Below, in pieces: positions 33,591 to 43,133 of a stretch of 64,000 nucleotides of DNA. Each line of letters opens with the position of its first letter. Position 1 is the first letter of the stretch. Source of the DNA: Actinomycetota bacterium (GTDB lineage: Bacteria > Actinomycetota > Thermoleophilia > Gaiellales > Gaiellaceae); assembly GCA_003139545.1 (NCBI GenBank), contig PLJC01000008.1, positions 22,874-86,873 of the forward strand, in the 5' to 3' direction. The notes beneath the pieces were generated by a model. That model worked only from the letters and a program-made list of their open reading frames with translations. It ran no database searches and had not been told where the DNA came from. The translations under genes and the position numbers were made by a program.

Positions 33591-36100
33591 TACGCGGCGC
33601 TGACTGCTTCTGCTTCTTCGCGCGGCAGGCGGCGCGAGACGACCTGCGACACACCGTCGCCGCCCATGGTCACGCCGTACAGGATGTCGGCCGCTTCCAT
33701 CGTCCGCTTCTGGTGCGTGATGACGACGAACTGTGCGCGGTCCGCATAGCGCCGCAGCAGCTCGACGAAACGACTGATGTTTGTGTCGTCGAGCGCAGCC
33801 TCCACCTCGTCGAGCAAGTAGAACGGGCATGGCCGCGCAAGGAAGAGTGCGAACAGGAACGCGATCGCGCCGAGCGCCTTCTCGCCGCCGGACAGGAGCG
33901 ACAGCCGCTGCACGCGCTTGCCGGCGGGGCGAAGCTCCACTTCGATTCCGGGCTGCTCCTCGTCGTCGTCGGACTCCGTCAGCCGCAGCCGGCCCTCGCC
34001 ACCGGGGAAGAGCGTCGCCGCCACCTCCGCGAAGTTGGCCTGCACCGCGTCGAAGGTCTCCGCGAAGCGGCGCTCGACCGTCTCGGTCAGCTCCGTGCGC
34101 AGCTTGTCCAGCTCGTCGAGGCTCTGCTCGAGATCCGCACGCTGCGTCGTCAGCTCCTCGAGCCGGATCTTCTCAGCGTCGTACTCCTCCTTCGCCAGCG
34201 GGTTCACCTGGCCGAGGCTCTCGCGCCGCCGCTCGAGCCGCTCGGCACGGTCGGCGAGCTCATCGCGGTCGTCACCCTCCGCGCGCTCCTCGGTCCCGGT
34301 GTCCGCGAGGCGGCGCCGGGCCTCGTCGGCCTCGGCCTCGATGCGCGCCGTCTCGACGTCAATCGCCGACGCGCGCTCGGCCGCCTCGGATAGCGCCTGC
34401 CGCAGCTCGACCTCGGCCGCGCCGAGCCGGCGGAGCTCCTCGCCCAGCGCGCCGGTGCGGGCCGCGCCGGCGTCGACGCGCGCGCGCAGCGGCGTCTCGA
34501 ATCGAGACGCGGGAATGTCGAGCACGCGCACGAGCCGCTCGACGATCGCAACGCTCCGCACGACGACGGGGTCCTGTTCGACCGAGTACGCCGCATCCGG
34601 AATCGGTGCGTCGGCACGCCTGCGCAGGTCATCTAGCTCGGCGGCGAGACCTCGCCGCCGAGCCTGCAGCTCGAGCAGCACAGCTTCGGCCGTCTCGCCT
34701 GCGAACCAGAGCTCACCCTGCGCCGGGTCGTAGCCGAAACCTTCGCGCGTCACCGCCGCGACGGGAGAGGACAGCAGCTCCTCCTTCGCGACGACCGGCA
34801 ACTCCGGCTCGCGGCGACCGATGACGACGGTGAGTGAGCCGAGCCCGGCCGACCGCGCACGCTCGAGCAGCGCGAACGCGGCGTGGACGTCGTCGACGAC
34901 CAAGGCAGACGCACGCTGTCTCAACGCTGCGGCGACCGCGTGCTCCATTCCCGCCTCGACGTCGAGCAGCGAGAGCACGATGCGCTCACCTTCTTCCGCG
35001 AGAGCGCGCGCCGCAGGCGGCAGACCCTCGCGCTCGGCGAGCGCGCGATCGAGCGCGCGCAGACGCTCCTCGTGCAAGGACACCTGCTCGGCGAGAGCCG
35101 CACGCTCCATGCGCACACGCTCGTCCAGCACGCGGCGCGGCTGTTCGAGCTCGTCGCGGAGCCGGCGCACGAGCGACTCGGCGGACTCCCGCCGCATCCC
35201 GACGCGCTCGGCCGCGCTGCGCAGCCGGTACAGCTCCTGCATCGCCTGCTCGCGCGCGCCTGCCGCGTCGGCGAGCTCCTCCTCCGCCTCACCGCGCTCG
35301 GCGAGCACGGCCTCGAGCCGCTCTTCGGCGCCGCGCTTCGCGAGCGCGGCGGCCGCACGCCGGCCGGCAGCCTCGCCGAGCCGGTCGTCGAGCGTCGAGA
35401 GATCGAGCTCGGCGATGCGCGCGCGCAGCTTCGCGAGCTCGCCGAGAAGCTTTTCGGCGCGCTCGGCCGCCGTCGCCTGCAATGCGAGCGGCCGCAGCCG
35501 CTTGCGCACTTCCGACTCCAGATCGCGTGCACGCTCGACCTGGATCGCGACACGCGCGAGCTTCAGCTCGGCGCGATGCCGGCGCGCCTTGAAGCGCCCG
35601 AGGCCTGCGGCCTCCTCGATGAGCGCGCGGCGCTCCTCCGGCTTCGACGCGAGGATGGCCTCGACCTTGCCCTGCCCGATGATCGAGTGCATGCCCTGGC
35701 CGAGCCCGAGGTCGGCGAGCAGCTCGACGAGGTCGATGCGCCGCACGCCGGTCTTGTTGAGGAGGTACTGCCCTTCGCCGCCGCGATGGAGCCTGCGCGC
35801 GACCGACAGCTCGGCGTAGTCGACCGGCAGCGTCCCGTCGGAGTTGTCGAACAGGAGCTCGACCTCGCAGAAGTCGGCCGCGCCCCGGTTGGCCGCGCCG
35901 GCGAACAGGACGTCGTCGGGCTTCTCGGCGCGCAGCTCGAGGGGGCTGAGGGAGCCGGCGGCCCAGCGGATGGCGTCGGAGACGTTCGACTTGCCGGACC
36001 CGTTCGGGCCGACGATCACGCCGACGCCCGGCTCGAGGCGAACCTCGACCGGGTCGGGAAACGACTTGAACCCGCGGATCTTGACGGCACGGAGATGCAC
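33590..36100 (-). CDS. smc: chromosome partition protein Smc, unusually short (836 aa)
   Basis: N-terminal head MHLRAVKIRGFKSF...GPNGSGKSN, a central hinge-like segment, and a C-terminal LSGGEKALGAIAF...YLLDEVEAALDD. Confidence 0.9.
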   Translation of the reverse strand: MHLRAVKIRGFKSFPDPVEVRLEPGVGVIVGPNGSGKSNVSDAIRWAAGSLSPLELRAEKPDDVLFAGAANRGAADFCEVELLFDNSDGTLPVDYAELSVARRLHRGGEGQYLLNKTGVRRIDLVELLADLGLGQGMHSIIGQGKVEAILASKPEERRALIEEAAGLGRFKARRHRAELKLARVAIQVERARDLESEVRKRLRPLALQATAAERAEKLLGELAKLRARIAELDLSTLDDRLGEAAGRRAAAALAKRGAEERLEAVLAERGEAEEELADAAGAREQAMQELYRLRSAAERVGMRRESAESLVRRLRDELEQPRRVLDERVRMERAALAEQVSLHEERLRALDRALAEREGLPPAARALAEEGERIVLSLLDVEAGMEHAVAAALRQRASALVVDDVHAAFALLERARSAGLGSLTVVIGRREPELPVVAKEELLSSPVAAVTREGFGYDPAQGELWFAGETAEAVLLELQARRRGLAAELDDLRRRADAPIPDAAYSVEQDPVVVRSVAIVERLVRVLDIPASRFETPLRARVDAGAARTGALGEELRRLGAAEVELRQALSEAAERASAIDVETARIEAEADEARRRLADTGTEERAEGDDRDELADRAERLERRRESLGQVNPLAKEEYDAEKIRLEELTTQRADLEQSLDELDKLRTELTETVERRFAETFDAVQANFAEVAATLFPGGEGRLRLTESDDDEEQPGIEVELRPAGKRVQRLSLLSGGEKALGAIAFLFALFLARPCPFYLLDEVEAALDDTNISRFVELLRRYADRAQFVVITHQKRTMEAADILYGVTMGGDGVSQVVSRRLPREEAEAVSAA

Positions 36101-36134
36101 CTGAGGAGGACCCTAACCGCGGCCCTGGACGGCG

Positions 36135-36284
36135 CTACTTGTCGTCGGATTCCTCGGGCTCCCGGGCGAGCGGGGCGTCCTCGTCCCGCTCGAAGAGCTC
36201 GAGGATCCCGCGCGGCTCGGGCTGCTCGTCCGGCTCTTCGAGCCGCTCGTCGAGCGCCTTGTCGGAATGCTTCTGGCGGGTCAC
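36135..36284 (-). CDS. possible small acidic protein (49 aa) between rnc and smc
   Basis: GTG 36284 to TAG 36135: VTRQKHSDKALDERLEEPDEQPEPRGILELFERDEDAPLAREPEESDDK. Not in the ORF track because it is under 60 aa. RBS spacing is poor. Confidence 0.3.
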   Translation of the reverse strand: MTRQKHSDKALDERLEEPDEQPEPRGILELFERDEDAPLAREPEESDDK

Positions 36285-36289
36285 GGCCC

Positions 36290-36928
36290 TCAGGATGCCA
36301 GAGCTTGGAGCGCTTCGCGGGCGGCTTCCTGCTCGGCCGCTTTCTTCGACCCGCCCTCGCCCATGCCCAGCCGCTCGCCGTCCACGACCGCGGCGCAGGT
36401 GAAGTGCCGCTCGTGCGGCGGCCCGACGGCGTCCACGACCTCGTAGGTGACCTGCCGGCCCAAGCGGGCGAGCGCCTCCTGCAGCTCGGTCTTGTGGTCG
36501 ACGAACGTCGTCAGCGCGTACTCGATGCGATCCGAGAATGCGTCCACGATCGCGTCCTCGATCGGAGCGAAGCCATGCTCGAGGAAAAGCGCGCCGAGCA
36601 CCGCTTCGAGCAGCGCCGCGAGCACGTTCCGGTTCTTGGCGAGCCGGCTCGCGTCCTCGCCGTCGCTGTAGGCGGCCAGCCGCCGGCCGAGGTCGAGCTC
36701 GTGGGCCACGACCGCGCAGCTCGCGCGCGACACGACATGCGAGCGCACCTTCGCGAGGCGTCCCTCGGAGAAGTCCGGGTGACCCGCATACAGCGCGTGC
36801 GCCACCGCGAGCTCGAGCACGCTGTCACCGAGGAACTCGAGGCGCTCGTACGAGGCGGTGCGCTCCGCCGCCCAGGACGAGTGAGTGAATGCCGTCGCCG
36901 CTGCCGCGGCAGGAAGCGCGTCGATCAG
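36290..36928 (-). CDS. rnc: ribonuclease III (start codon uncertain)
   Basis: The catalytic signature ERLEFLGDS lies upstream of the first in-frame ATG/GTG/TTG (36820). The frame stays open back into acpP. CTG 36928 is taken provisionally as the start. C-terminal dsRBD GGSKKAAEQEAA. Confidence 0.8.
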   Translation of the reverse strand: MIDALPAAAAATAFTHSSWAAERTASYERLEFLGDSVLELAVAHALYAGHPDFSEGRLAKVRSHVVSRASCAVVAHELDLGRRLAAYSDGEDASRLAKNRNVLAALLEAVLGALFLEHGFAPIEDAIVDAFSDRIEYALTTFVDHKTELQEALARLGRQVTYEVVDAVGPPHERHFTCAAVVDGERLGMGEGGSKKAAEQEAAREALQALAS

Positions 36929-36956
36929 CTCGGCGAGGGTTCGACCGCGCGTGCCG

Positions 36957-37202
36957 CTACTGGTGCGACGCGACGTAGTCGACGGCCTGCCCGACAGTCG
37001 TGATCTTCTGGGCGTCCTCGTCGGAGATCTTGATCCCGAACTGATCCTCGAGCTCCATGATCAGCTCGACGAGGTCGAGCGAGTCGGCGTCGAGGTCCTC
37101 CTGGAACGAGGCCTCCTCCGTGATGTCGGCCTCTTCGATTCCGAGCTGCTCGGTCAGAACTTCCTTGACCCGCTCGTAGACTTCCTCACGCGACGCTGCC
37201 AT
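36957..37202 (-). CDS. acpP: acyl carrier protein
   Basis: [20 protein letters not shown]. Confidence 0.95.
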   Translation of the reverse strand: MAASREEVYERVKEVLTEQLGIEEADITEEASFQEDLDADSLDLVELIMELEDQFGIKISDEDAQKITTVGQAVDYVASHQ

Positions 37203-37241
37203 GTCACCTCATTTGGTTTCCGGGGGCTGAAAGCGCGCCGA

Positions 37242-38213
37242 TCATACAGCCTCTGCGGGCTGCTGCATCCGGGCTGCGAGCCTGCCGACGACGTCGCGCT
37301 CCACTCCGCGGGCGGCCAGGCGGATCGCGTTCGCGATCGCCGTCCGGGACGAGTTCCCGTGCGCGACGACCGCGAGGCCGCGGAGGCCGAGCAGGTAGGC
37401 GCCGCCGAATGTGTCCGGATCGAGCCGCTTGCGCAGCCGCCGGGCCGCCGGCCGGATGAGCAGGCCGCCCACCGTGCCGCGCGTGTTGGCGGCGATCTCC
37501 TCGCGGAACGCATCGAGGAGGCTCATGATCGTCCCCTCCAGGAGCTTCAGCGCGACGTTGCCGGTGAAGCCGTCGGCGACGACCACGTCGGCGGCGCCGG
37601 ACAGGATGTCGCGGCCCTCGCAGTTCCCGGCGAAGTTCAGGTCGCTGGCGGCCAGGAGCGCGTGCGCCTCGATGGTCAGCTGGTTCCCCTTCTCCGGCTC
37701 CTCGCCGATGGAGAGAAGCCGCACAACAGGGTTCACGATGCCGAGCATCTCCTCTGCGAAGACCACGCCCATAGTCGCGAACTGCAGAAGATATTCGGGA
37801 CGGGCGTCCGCGTTTGCGCCCGCGTCGATGAGCACCGAGGGGCCGCGCTGAGCCGGAATGGGGACCGCAATCGCAGGACGCAGCACACCGGGGATGCGAC
37901 GCAGCTCGAGGAGGCCCGCGGCCAACACTGCGCCCGTGTTGCCGGCGGACACAACCGCGTCCGCGTCGCCTTCGGCGACCGCGCGCACCGCCGAGACGAG
38001 CGAGCTCTCCGGCTTTCCGCGCACTGCCTCGGCCGGCTTCTCGTTCATCTCGATGACGCCGTCGGTCTCGCGCAGCTCGAGGCCGCCGGTATCGATTCCC
38101 GCCGACCCGTACAGGATCGGCGTCAGCCCGTCGGCGGCCGCTTCGAGCGCGCCCGCGACGACTTCCGCCGGGCCGCGGTCGCCCCCCATCGCGTCGACCG
38201 CGATCCGCGGCAT
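37242..38213 (-). CDS. plsX: phosphate acyltransferase PlsX
   Basis: 323 aa from ATG 38213. IAVDAMGGDRGP... Confidence 0.9.
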   Translation of the reverse strand: MPRIAVDAMGGDRGPAEVVAGALEAAADGLTPILYGSAGIDTGGLELRETDGVIEMNEKPAEAVRGKPESSLVSAVRAVAEGDADAVVSAGNTGAVLAAGLLELRRIPGVLRPAIAVPIPAQRGPSVLIDAGANADARPEYLLQFATMGVVFAEEMLGIVNPVVRLLSIGEEPEKGNQLTIEAHALLAASDLNFAGNCEGRDILSGAADVVVADGFTGNVALKLLEGTIMSLLDAFREEIAANTRGTVGGLLIRPAARRLRKRLDPDTFGGAYLLGLRGLAVVAHGNSSRTAIANAIRLAARGVERDVVGRLAARMQQPAEAV

Positions 38214-38218
38214 TCGAC

Positions 38219-38407
38219 CTAGGGAGCGTCGATGCGGAGTGGTTCGACCTCGCGGCCCTTGTACGTCCCGCAGTTCGCGCACGCGTGATGCGGCCGCTTC
38301 GGCACGCCGCAGTTGGGGCAGATGTTCACCACTGCAGCCGAGATCGCGTGGGTCGCACGCCGCTTGTCGCGGCGCGACTTGGAGGTTTTCCGCTTCGGGA
38401 CGGCCAT
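38219..38407 (-). CDS. rpmF: 50S ribosomal protein L32
   Basis: [17 protein letters not shown]...CPNCG...CANCG. Confidence 0.95.
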   Translation of the reverse strand: MAVPKRKTSKSRRDKRRATHAISAAVVNICPNCGVPKRPHHACANCGTYKGREVEPLRIDAP

Positions 38408-38448
38408 GAGCGCCGCGCAGTATAGCCACGGGCGGCTACGGTCAGGCC

Positions 38449-39405
38449 ATGGAGAAACGCACGCTGGGCCAGGGACTCGTCGTCTCCGAGCAGGGCCTCG
38501 GATGCATGGGCATGTCGGCCTTCTACGGCCAAAGTGACGACACGGAGTCGATCGCGACCATCCACCGGGCGCTCGAGCTCGGCATCACGTTCCTCGACAC
38601 CGCCGAGATGTACGGGCGCGGCGTGAACGAGGAGCTCGTCGGCCGCGCAATCAAGGGGCGCCGCGACGAGTTCGTCGTGGCGACGAAGTTCATCGGCGCG
38701 TTCAGCGACCGGCGGCCGGACGGTCGGCCCGAGTACATCCGAACGGCGATCGAGGGATCGCTGCAGCGGCTCGGCACCGACCACGTCGATCTCTACTACC
38801 AGCATCGAGTCGACCCTCAGACGCCGATCGAGGAGACCGTCGGCGCGATGGCAGAGCTCGTGGCCGCCGGCAAGGTGCGCCACCTCGGCCTCTCGGAGGC
38901 ATCGGCGGAGACGATCCGCCGCGCGCACGCGGTGCATCCGATCGCTGCGCTCCAGTCGGAGTACTCGCTGTGGACGCGCGACCCCGAAGGCCCGATCCTC
39001 GACACGCTGCGCGAGCTCGGCATCGGCCTCGTCGCCTACAGCCCGCTCGGCCGCGGCTTCCTCGCCGGCCGGTTCACGTCGCCCGACGAGCTCGACGACG
39101 GCGACTTCCGCAAGAACCATCCGCGGTTCACCGGGGAGAACCTCGAACGCAACGTGAAGCTGGCCGAGCACGTGAAGGCGCTCGCGGAGTCGAAGGGCGT
39201 GACGCCGGCGCAGGTGGCGATCGCCTGGGTCCTCTCGCGCGGCGACGACGTCGTCCCGATCCCCGGCACGCGCCGGCGGACGTATCTCGAGCAGAACGCA
39301 GCCGCGAGCGACATCGAGTTGACGGCGCAAGAGCTCGCGGAGCTGGACGAGATCGGCGAAGCTGCAGGCGACCGCTACTCCGACATGTCGGCCGTCAACC
39401 GCTAG
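38449..39405 (+). CDS. aldo/keto reductase
   Basis: [32 protein letters not shown]. Confidence 0.9.
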   Translation: MEKRTLGQGLVVSEQGLGCMGMSAFYGQSDDTESIATIHRALELGITFLDTAEMYGRGVNEELVGRAIKGRRDEFVVATKFIGAFSDRRPDGRPEYIRTAIEGSLQRLGTDHVDLYYQHRVDPQTPIEETVGAMAELVAAGKVRHLGLSEASAETIRRAHAVHPIAALQSEYSLWTRDPEGPILDTLRELGIGLVAYSPLGRGFLAGRFTSPDELDDGDFRKNHPRFTGENLERNVKLAEHVKALAESKGVTPAQVAIAWVLSRGDDVVPIPGTRRRTYLEQNAAASDIELTAQELAELDEIGEAAGDRYSDMSAVNR

Positions 39406-39413
39406 GAGAGGCC

Positions 39414-39965
39414 ATGACCACACTCGAGAACCGGCCGAACACCGCACTCCTCGTCATCGACGTGCAGAACGGCGTCGTCAGTGGGACGCACGAGCGGGAC
39501 GCCGTCGTCGCGAACGTCGGCAGCCTCGTCGAGAAGGCGCGGCAGGAACAAGTGCCCGTCGTCTGGGTCCAGCAGACCGACGACAACTTCGCGAAGGGGA
39601 GCGACAACTGGCGGATCGTGCCCGAGCTGACGCCGGACGACGCAGAGCCACTCGTCGAGAAGAGCTACGCCGACTCCTTCGAAGAAACCCGCCTCGAGAC
39701 CGTACTGTCGGACCTCGGCGTGGGGCGACTCGTCGTCGTCGGCGCACAAACCGACGAGTGCATCCGCTCGACCCTCCACGGCGCGATCGTCAGGGGCTAC
39801 GACGCGACCCTCGTCAGCGACGCCCACACGACGGAAGACCAGTCAGCCTGGGGCGCGCCGACGCCGGACAAGGTGATCGCGCACACGAACCTGTACTGGA
39901 AGTTCCACACCGCGCCCGGGCGGACAGCCGGGACGGCCGAGACCAGCGACGTCGACTTCGGCTAA
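39414..39965 (+). CDS. isochorismatase-family cysteine hydrolase
   Basis: 183 aa from ATG 39414 (AGGAGAG RBS). ALLVIDVQNG, and VVVGAQTDECI with the catalytic Cys. Confidence 0.85.
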   Translation: MTTLENRPNTALLVIDVQNGVVSGTHERDAVVANVGSLVEKARQEQVPVVWVQQTDDNFAKGSDNWRIVPELTPDDAEPLVEKSYADSFEETRLETVLSDLGVGRLVVVGAQTDECIRSTLHGAIVRGYDATLVSDAHTTEDQSAWGAPTPDKVIAHTNLYWKFHTAPGRTAGTAETSDVDFG

Positions 39966-39971
39966 GAGGCT

Positions 39972-40481
39972 CTAAAGTCGGCCGCGGAGCTCGTCGAGCG
40001 CATCCCAGCGGGAGTCGCCGTGCTGCTCCTTGTGCGTATGCAGCTCGACGTTCAGGTCCTTGCCGCACACCGGGCACAGGCCGGCGCAGTCGGGGTCGTG
40101 CAGGATCTTGTCCGGCAGCTCGAGCGCAATCGCGTCGTGCGCCCACGCTGAGAGGTCGAGCACGTCGTCCGTGACGTACGGCGAGCGCAGGTCCTCGTCC
40201 TCCCCCGGCTTCGTCGCCTGGTATTCCTGGGCGTCGATCGCGATCTCCAGCACGCTGTCGGCGAGGCAGCGGAAGCACGGGCCTTCGAGGCGCACGCGGA
40301 ACTTCAGCTTCAAGACGGAGCCGGAGCTCGCCTTCGTCACAGTCAGCTGAGCTGGGACGAGCGCCGGGTCAGGCGCGTATGCCTGGCCGCCGAGCACGAG
40401 CGGCTCGATCTCCACGTCGACGCGCTCGTTGAACTGCTCTCCGATGCGCAGCCGGAGGTGCCGCAGGTTGAACGTGGTCAC
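39972..40481 (-). CDS. yceD: YceD-family (DUF177) protein
   Basis: CFRCL...CAGLCPVCG Cys pairs, with the typical length and layout. Confidence 0.85.
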   Translation of the reverse strand: MTTFNLRHLRLRIGEQFNERVDVEIEPLVLGGQAYAPDPALVPAQLTVTKASSGSVLKLKFRVRLEGPCFRCLADSVLEIAIDAQEYQATKPGEDEDLRSPYVTDDVLDLSAWAHDAIALELPDKILHDPDCAGLCPVCGKDLNVELHTHKEQHGDSRWDALDELRGRL

Positions 40482-40496
40482 GAACCTACGGTAGCG

Positions 40497-41432
40497 CTAC
40501 GCCGCAGCGCGCTCAGGCGCCGCTGAAGGCCTGCGCTGCGGAAGCTCTACGACGGTAGTAGGCGCCGGCCGGCGGGCCACGAGGATGAGCGCGACCGACG
40601 AGAGGACGATGAGCCCCGCGACGAGCTCGCGCGCGCCCAGATGCTCGCCGACGAGCGCCCAGCCGAGCACGACGGCGACGGCCGGGTTCACGTACGCGTA
40701 GGTGGAGAGCAGCGGCGTCGAGGCGTTCTTGAGCAGCCAGCCGTACGCGGTGTAGGCGAGGATCGACCCGAAGCCGACGAGGTAGGCGATCGAGCCGATG
40801 GAGGTGAGCGAGATCGCGCTCGGATGCACGCGGCCGAACTCGCCGGTCGCGCCGGCCAGGACGGCGAGCATGACTCCGGCGCACAGCATCTGCATGCCGG
40901 CGCTCAGCACGGAGCTGCCGGGTAGCGGAGCGACGCGTGCGTAGGCCGAGCCGGCCGCCCAGGCGAGCGCTCCGCCGAGGAGTACGAGCGTCCACAGTGG
41001 GTCGATCGTGCCGCCGCCGCCCGCGAGCAGACCGACGCCGGCGAGGCCGGCGAGGATTCCCGCGCCGGCGAGCAGCGGGATGCGGATACCGAAGAAGGCG
41101 CGGTCGATGACGGCCATGAAGAGGGGCACGCATCCGACGACGAGGGCGGCGAGGCCGGTGGCGACGTGCTTCTCGGCGAACGCGAGCGCGCCCGTCTCGA
41201 CGACGAGCAGAAGGCCGCCGACGCGGGCTGCGGCGCCCCACTGTCGGCGGCCCGGCCGCTCGGCGGCGACCTCACCGCGGCGGTGCGCCCAGGCGTACAG
41301 GAGCGCTCCGGCGATGAGGAAGCGGATGGAAAGCATGACCAGCGGCGGCAGCCCGCGCTCGGCCACGGCGATGCCGAGGTACGTCGATCCCCAGACGACG
41401 TAGACGAGACCAAGGGCGGCAGCGAGCTTCAT
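40497..41432 (-). CDS. EamA/DMT-family transporter
   Basis: 311 aa, ~10 hydrophobic helices, VVWGSTYLGI N-terminus. Confidence 0.85.
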   Translation of the reverse strand: MKLAAALGLVYVVWGSTYLGIAVAERGLPPLVMLSIRFLIAGALLYAWAHRRGEVAAERPGRRQWGAAARVGGLLLVVETGALAFAEKHVATGLAALVVGCVPLFMAVIDRAFFGIRIPLLAGAGILAGLAGVGLLAGGGGTIDPLWTLVLLGGALAWAAGSAYARVAPLPGSSVLSAGMQMLCAGVMLAVLAGATGEFGRVHPSAISLTSIGSIAYLVGFGSILAYTAYGWLLKNASTPLLSTYAYVNPAVAVVLGWALVGEHLGARELVAGLIVLSSVALILVARRPAPTTVVELPQRRPSAAPERAAA

Positions 41433-41489
41433 AGCTTCACCGTGCCTAGCCCTCTACTATTAGTGCAAATCGGGATATAATTGCTTAAC

Positions 41490-42422
41490 ATGAATAAACG
41501 TGATGGATTCCTCGGGCTCGAGCTGCGCCATCTGGCCGCGCTCGAAGCCGTCGGACGCACGCAGTCGTTCGGCCGCGCGGCGCGCGAGCTCGGCTACACG
41601 CAGTCGGCAGTGAGCCAGCAGATCGCGCACCTCGAGCGCGTCGTCGGGCAGCGGCTCGTCGTTCGCCCCGGCGGCCCGCGCCCCGTGTCCCTCACCGAGG
41701 CCGGGCAGCTCCTGCTCCGGCACGCGGACGCGATCGTCGCGCAGCTCGATGCGGCCCAGGCAGACATGGCCGCGCTGGCCGAAGGGGCGGCCGGCCCGCT
41801 CCGCGTCGGCATCCTCCAGAGCGTCGGCGCGCGCATCCTCCCCGCGCTGCTCCGGCGCTTCCGCGACGAGTGGCCGCGCGTCGAGGTGCAGGTGCACGAG
41901 GAAGCGGACGTCGCCGACCTGCTTCGCCTCGTCGAGCGCGGCGAGCTCGACCTCACGTTCGCGGAGCTGCCGCTGCCGGAGGGGCCGTTCGAGTCGCGGG
42001 AGGTCCTCCGCGATCCCTACGTGCTGCTCGTGTCCGCCAAGTCGGAGCTCGCCGAACGGGACAGCCTCCCGCTCCGCTCGCTTTCCGGAATGCCGCTGAT
42101 CGGCTGGCGGACGTCGGGGGAGCCCGACCGCTTCCTGCGCGGGCACGTCTCGGACATCAACGTGGTCTTCCGCACCGACGACAACGGGACGCTCATGTCG
42201 CTCGTCGCCGAGGGCCTCGGCGCGGCGGTCGTCCCCTACCTCGTCGTCAACCCGCGCAACCAGGCGCTCGTCGCAGTGCCGCTCGGCGGACGCCTACCGC
42301 CGCGTGTACTCGGGGTCGTGTGGCACCGCGACCGCTATCGCTCCGCCGCGTCGCACGCGTTCGTCGACCTCGCGGCCGAGCTCGGCGCCGACTACATGAC
42401 TCGCGCCAAGGCCGGAGCGTAA
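41490..42422 (+). CDS. LysR-family transcriptional regulator
   Basis: LRHLAALEAVGRTQSFGRAARELGYTQSAVSQQIAHLE. Divergent from the EamA gene. Start taken at ATG 41490; TTG 41481 is listed. Confidence 0.9.
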   Translation: MNKRDGFLGLELRHLAALEAVGRTQSFGRAARELGYTQSAVSQQIAHLERVVGQRLVVRPGGPRPVSLTEAGQLLLRHADAIVAQLDAAQADMAALAEGAAGPLRVGILQSVGARILPALLRRFRDEWPRVEVQVHEEADVADLLRLVERGELDLTFAELPLPEGPFESREVLRDPYVLLVSAKSELAERDSLPLRSLSGMPLIGWRTSGEPDRFLRGHVSDINVVFRTDDNGTLMSLVAEGLGAAVVPYLVVNPRNQALVAVPLGGRLPPRVLGVVWHRDRYRSAASHAFVDLAAELGADYMTRAKAGA

Positions 42423-42600
42423 GCCGGAGGCTTACGCTCAGGCGGACTAGCGGCCGGGGATGGCCGTAGGCCACCACCGGCCGCGCAGCACGTCCATCCG
42501 CTTGACGCTAGATCAAAGCTCGGCGGCTTCGCCGACGAGCGATTCCCGCGAAGCGGCGCATCCTTTGATCGCGCGAAGTGCGCAGCACTTCGCGCGAGGG

Positions 42601-43107
42601 CTAGTAGCCGAGATCGTCCGCGGCGCCGTCCGTCGGGCCGATGCCCGCGACGACGGTCTCCTGCGAACGTTCGTGCAGCCGCTCGCGCCCGCGTTTCACC
42701 GCGGACAGGAACTTGTCCAGGTTGACCTCGAGCGTCGAGAGGATGCCGTCGGCCCAGTCCTCCATCTCGAGGCGAGTTTCCCGCGCTTGTCTGCGGGCGT
42801 CGTCGACGATGTCCTGCGCCTGATGCTCGGCGATCTTCACGATCTCGGTCTGCGACGCCTCGCGCACCGCCTGCTCGCGCGCCTCGGCCAGCAGCCGGTC
42901 GACCTCGCGTTTCGCCTCCGCGAGCATCTCCTGCCGCTCCTTCACGATCCAGCGCGCCTGCTTGATCTCTTCCGGGATGGTCGCGCGCATCTGGTCGAGG
43001 ATGTCGTAGATCTCCTCGCGGTCGATGCGAACCTGGTCGGTGAGAGGGACGGCCTTCGCGTTGTGCACGAGGTCGTCGAGCTTGTCGATGAGAACGAGGA
43101 CGTCCAT
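42601..43107 (-). CDS. conserved coiled-coil protein (often annotated ATP synthase subunit b-like / DivIVA-like)
   Basis: 168 aa from ATG 43107. MDVLVLIDKLDDLVHNAKAVPLTDQVRIDREEIYDILDQMRATIPEEIKQA. Confidence 0.7.
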   Translation of the reverse strand: MDVLVLIDKLDDLVHNAKAVPLTDQVRIDREEIYDILDQMRATIPEEIKQARWIVKERQEMLAEAKREVDRLLAEAREQAVREASQTEIVKIAEHQAQDIVDDARRQARETRLEMEDWADGILSTLEVNLDKFLSAVKRGRERLHERSQETVVAGIGPTDGAADDLGY

Positions 43108-43133
43108 GGTTTCCAGTTTAGCCCGTGGGGCTG

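Noticed and set aside
33590-36100. Smc as a truncated pseudogene
   Set aside because: A single uninterrupted frame contains the N-head, hinge-like segment and C-head with intact Walker A, signature and Walker B motifs. It is short but apparently complete.
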